Positions 29,516 through 32,000 of a stretch of 32,000 nucleotides of DNA are shown here, piece by piece. The stretch spans positions 1,650,001 to 1,682,000 of the forward strand of contig NZ_CP013213.1 of assembly GCF_001545095.1 (NCBI RefSeq). The letters are read 5' to 3'. This DNA comes from Erysipelothrix larvae. GTDB taxonomy: Bacteria; Bacillota_I; Bacilli_A; Erysipelotrichales; Erysipelotrichaceae. The notes under the pieces are model-generated. The model saw only the letters and a program-made list of their open reading frames with translations, had not been told where the DNA came from and did no database searches. Numbering within the stretch: position 1 is the stretch's first letter; each line of letters opens with the position of its first letter. A program made the position numbers and the translations under genes.

Positions 29516-30227
29516 TCTAATTGTGAATCCTTTGTTTAGTTTAACACTGACTTTTGGTGTTTATGGTTTAGTGAGTCTTGTTTCAAAACGTGTGAAGTCA
29601 CCGTTGTTTAATCCATTGATGATCAGCAGTGTGGTGATCATTGGCATGCTGATATTGGTGGACTTACCGTATCAGACGTATGCTCAAGCAACCAATATTT
29701 TGACCCGCTTGATTGCCCCTGCAACCGTATGTCTAGCAATTCCTTTGTACCAAAACACACAGATTCTTAAACAATACATCAAGCCCATCTTGATGGGGTG
29801 TGTTGTGGGTGTGAGTGTTCATGCTGTGTGTATCTCCATTTTATCCGCATTGTTTGATTTAAACATCTCGCTGATTGTATCACTGTTTCCCAAATCGGTC
29901 ACAACAGCAATTGCACAAGATCTCGCGTTGAGTTATGGTGGCAATGCGAGCATCACCGTACCGATTGTGATTCTTACGGGCATCTTTGGTGCTGCCATTG
30001 CACCCTCACTTTTGAATGCGATTAACATTAAGCATCCCATTTCTAAAGGGATCGGACTGGGAACCAGTGCCCATGCAGTGGGAACCTCAAAAGCCATAGA
30101 ACTGGGGGAACTTGAAGGAACTATGGCAGGGCTTGCCTTGATTCTTTCAGGAATTATTACCATTATTATTGCTCCCCTGTTTATACTGGGATTACCTTAT
30201 ATTGAACTATTGGGAGGTTATCTATGA
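29508..30227 (+). CDS. lrgB: CidB/LrgB-family membrane protein
   Basis: 239 aa from MRDLIVNPLF (ATG 29508 after GGAGGA), polytopic. LrgB-like motifs (TTAIAQDL, GLGTSAHAVGT). Confidence 0.8.
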   Translation: MRDLIVNPLFSLTLTFGVYGLVSLVSKRVKSPLFNPLMISSVVIIGMLILVDLPYQTYAQATNILTRLIAPATVCLAIPLYQNTQILKQYIKPILMGCVVGVSVHAVCISILSALFDLNISLIVSLFPKSVTTAIAQDLALSYGGNASITVPIVILTGIFGAAIAPSLLNAINIKHPISKGIGLGTSAHAVGTSKAIELGELEGTMAGLALILSGIITIIIAPLFILGLPYIELLGGYL

Positions 30228-30673
30228 AAATTCTCTTTGTGTGTCTTGGAAATATTTGTCGTTCACCCATGGCTGAAGCCTATATGCGTGATCTTTTACG
30301 AAAGCATCAGGTCACATCCATGGTGGTTGATTCATGCGGTACTTCAGGATGGCATCAGGGTGAGCGTCCCCATCACAAAACTTTAGAGGTGCTTACTAAA
30401 GATGGTGTTTCATCCTCAAATTTACGTTCACGACCACTTATGGACTCTGACTTTGATACCTTTGATGTTATTATTGGGATGGACAAAAACAATGTCCGAG
30501 ATTTAAAGCGATTAGCTCCGCCTCAATATCATCCAAAGATTCATTTGTTCTTAGATGTTCTTACAGGTTATGAAGGCTGTGATGTACCTGACCCTTGGTA
30601 TACGGGGGATTTCGAGGAAACACGACGTTTCGTGCGTGATGGTGTATCTGCCTGGTTTACAAAACTTATGTGA
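30224..30673 (+). CDS. Low-molecular-weight protein phosphatase (LMW-PTP, YfkJ-like)
   Basis: 149 aa. P-loop VCLGNICRSPMAE (CX5R-S) and D-loop DVPDPWYTG. The ATGA overlap with the lrgB stop is preceded by GGAGG. Confidence 0.9.
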   Translation: MKILFVCLGNICRSPMAEAYMRDLLRKHQVTSMVVDSCGTSGWHQGERPHHKTLEVLTKDGVSSSNLRSRPLMDSDFDTFDVIIGMDKNNVRDLKRLAPPQYHPKIHLFLDVLTGYEGCDVPDPWYTGDFEETRRFVRDGVSAWFTKLM

Positions 30674-30680
30674 AATAATA

Positions 30681-30702
30681 GACGCCTTGATGGCGTTTTT
30701 AT
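30681..30702 (+). terminator. Intrinsic terminator after the phosphatase gene
   Basis: GACGCC-UUGAU-GGCGU followed by UUUUAUU. The stem is short. Confidence 0.55.
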
Positions 30703-30745
30703 TATAAAAAAAGAAACCCACTTTGGATAAAATGATGAGGGTTTC
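30703..30745 (-). terminator. Probable recQ terminator
   Basis: Minus strand GAAACCC-N19-GGGUUUC followed by UUUUUUU. The loop is large and the hairpin lies ~140 nt after the recQ stop. Confidence 0.45.
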
Positions 30746-30886
30746 CTGTCTTTTGGTGTAATTTGGCTGTCGTTATAATGCGTTGACCGACTTAAGTTTG
30801 AAATAGGAGTAATTCATCAAAGTGTAATGGTTTTCGATGGATTTTGGTTGAAAATTGATTATATTAAATGTGTATATCAGCGGTTT

Positions 30887-32000
30887 TTATATTTGTGATG
30901 CTAAAAAAGCCCTTATGGTGAAGTAGGTGACTTCCTTTGGAAGTTGATCCTTCATTGCTTTTAAACCATCGTCACGATGGGCATTGACGACTTCTTGAAG
31001 TTGTTCACGAATCTTTTCAGGAATAAAAGGTGTCAAATCGAGTAGTTGTGCTTCACCACATTTTAGCAAATGGTTTTCAATTGTTTGCGTTGTCATCTCA
31101 CGCAGTTTCGCGATTTCTTCGATGGTATACCCATCGTGATAAAGTTCTAAAGTGAGTAGATGTGTCGGTGTTTTATCCATTGTAACCTTCGCCTTTTTTG
31201 GTCTTTTCTCTTTGACTTCAACGACTTTTGTTTCAACAGGGAGGGCTTCCTCATTGAATTTGGATAAAACTTCCAAAAATTTCGGTCCGTATTTTTTTTG
31301 TTTTTGCACTCCTATTCCATTAACCTTTAGGAAGTCTTCCAAAGTTTTTGGAAACTCAATGCAAAGATTCATTAACACTTTGTCTGAGAAAATGATAAAT
31401 GGGGGAACGCCTTCTTCAGAAGCAATTTCACGTCTTAGAGCGCGTAACGCTTCGAATACAGGATTCTCTTGTGTAAGGCGTTTGGTTTTACCCTGTTGTT
31501 TGCGCCACACTTTCATGTTTCCAAGTAAAACTGCTTTACCCTTAGGCGTTATTTTAACAACAGGAAATTGTCCTTGTTCGACATCTAAATAATTTTCTGA
31601 TATCAGAAATTCAATAAATGTGCTGACATCCTTTGCTCTTTGACCCTTGAACAACCCGAAAGTAGATAATTCGTTAAATTGGAATTTGAGGATATTTTTA
31701 TTTTGAGATCCGACCAACACGTGAGCCACCATCGTTTTCCCAAAGCGTTGTCCCATTCTCATAACACAAGAAAGGACTTTTTGAGCGTCGACTGTGACAT
31801 CAATCCGTTCTCTAGTATCGGTACAGTTTCCACAACGGCCACAGGCTTCGATATCATATTCGTCAAAATAATTTAAAATGAAGGTTTGAAGGCATCCTTC
31901 GGTATGGCTATAATCTACCATCGTTTGAAGTTTTCTCAGTTCATCAGCTTGACGATCCTCGCTTGTGGATTGTTCAATTAAATAACGTTGCACTTGGACA
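30887..32000 (-). CDS. recQ: ATP-dependent DNA helicase RecQ, C-terminal part (gene continues past the right edge)
   Basis: Zn-binding module CLQTFILNYFDE...CGRCGNCTD, winged-helix region, HRDC domain (FEALRALRREIASEEGVPPFIIFSDKVLMNLC...NGIGVQKQKKYG), and an extra C-terminal HTH-like domain (YHDGYTIEEIAKLREMTTQTIENHL). The frame is open to 32000; the track's 'M' at 31993 is an internal GTG. Confidence 0.88.
   Translation of the reverse strand, partial: VQVQRYLIEQSTSEDRQADELRKLQTMVDYSHTEGCLQTFILNYFDEYDIEACGRCGNCTDTRERIDVTVDAQKVLSCVMRMGQRFGKTMVAHVLVGSQNKNILKFQFNELSTFGLFKGQRAKDVSTFIEFLISENYLDVEQGQFPVVKITPKGKAVLLGNMKVWRKQQGKTKRLTQENPVFEALRALRREIASEEGVPPFIIFSDKVLMNLCIEFPKTLEDFLKVNGIGVQKQKKYGPKFLEVLSKFNEEALPVETKVVEVKEKRPKKAKVTMDKTPTHLLTLELYHDGYTIEEIAKLREMTTQTIENHLLKCGEAQLLDLTPFIPEKIREQLQEVVNAHRDDGLKAMKDQLPKEVTYFTIRAFLASQI

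Noticed and set aside
29086-30163. Minus-strand ORFs 29086..29337 and 29933..30163
   Set aside because: They are antisense to lrgA and lrgB. Membrane-protein genes commonly give long antisense frames, and there are no translation signals.
28777-30886. tRNA-Leu as an integration hotspot, with lrgAB-phosphatase as a small island
   Set aside because: There is no integrase or recombinase, I found no direct repeat of the tRNA 3' end downstream, and the cargo genes are ordinary chromosomal functions.
30750-30886. TATAAT hexamer (30773-30778) plus AGGAG (30804-30808) on the plus strand between the recQ terminator and the recQ stop, as a hidden small gene
   Set aside because: There is no start codon at a usable distance from the SD (the nearest ATG is 17 nt away and gives a 23-aa frame running into recQ), and the -35 is poor. 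More likely this is just the recQ 3' UTR.
31152-31876. Plus-strand ORFs 31152..31592 and 31679..31876
   Set aside because: They are antisense to the recQ frame, which shows Zn-finger, HRDC and HTH motifs.

Overview
32-kb chromosomal segment of a low-GC Gram-positive bacterium. RNase HIII, MutS2, lspA-rluD, PyrR attenuators and a guanine riboswitch all point to Bacillota; I cannot name the species. About 28 kb is one minus-strand run of housekeeping genes. It contains the mutS2 5' end, cvpA (with divergent rnhC), a tight lspA-rluD-rhomboid-dCMP deaminase operon and a pncA-like amidase. Next comes a complete purE-K-L-C-F-M-N-H-D operon behind a guanine riboswitch, directly preceded by a pyrR-pyrB-pyrC-carA-carB-pyrK-pyrD operon with two PyrR attenuators. 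The right-hand 5 kb is a small accessory patch. It holds a decayed alpha/beta-hydrolase relic, a divergent cupin/Rrf2-regulator pair, a stand-alone tRNA-Leu(GAG), an lrgA-lrgB-LMW phosphatase operon and the 3' part of recQ. I found no CRISPR array, transposase, integrase, phage gene or recognisable defence or toxin system. Every track ORF of 60 aa or more is either a recognisable core gene or an antisense/alternate-frame shadow of one. I therefore do not claim a new multi-gene system. The most interesting unexplained signal is a compact unit in the pyrD-purE spacer: promoter, Shine-Dalgarno, 17-codon ORF and terminator, ending 10 nt before the guanine aptamer. It could be a second, translation-coupled attenuator in series with the riboswitch, or an unannotated sRNA/micropeptide gene. 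Lesser items are a 21-bp inverted repeat after pyrD, the hydrolase pseudogene, a consensus promoter with an inverted repeat at its start site in front of the cupin gene, translational coupling of lrgAB to a tyrosine-phosphatase gene, and a perfect 9-5-9 palindrome in the pncA-like leader. All coordinates and motifs were read by eye; no folding energies, searches or statistics were computed.
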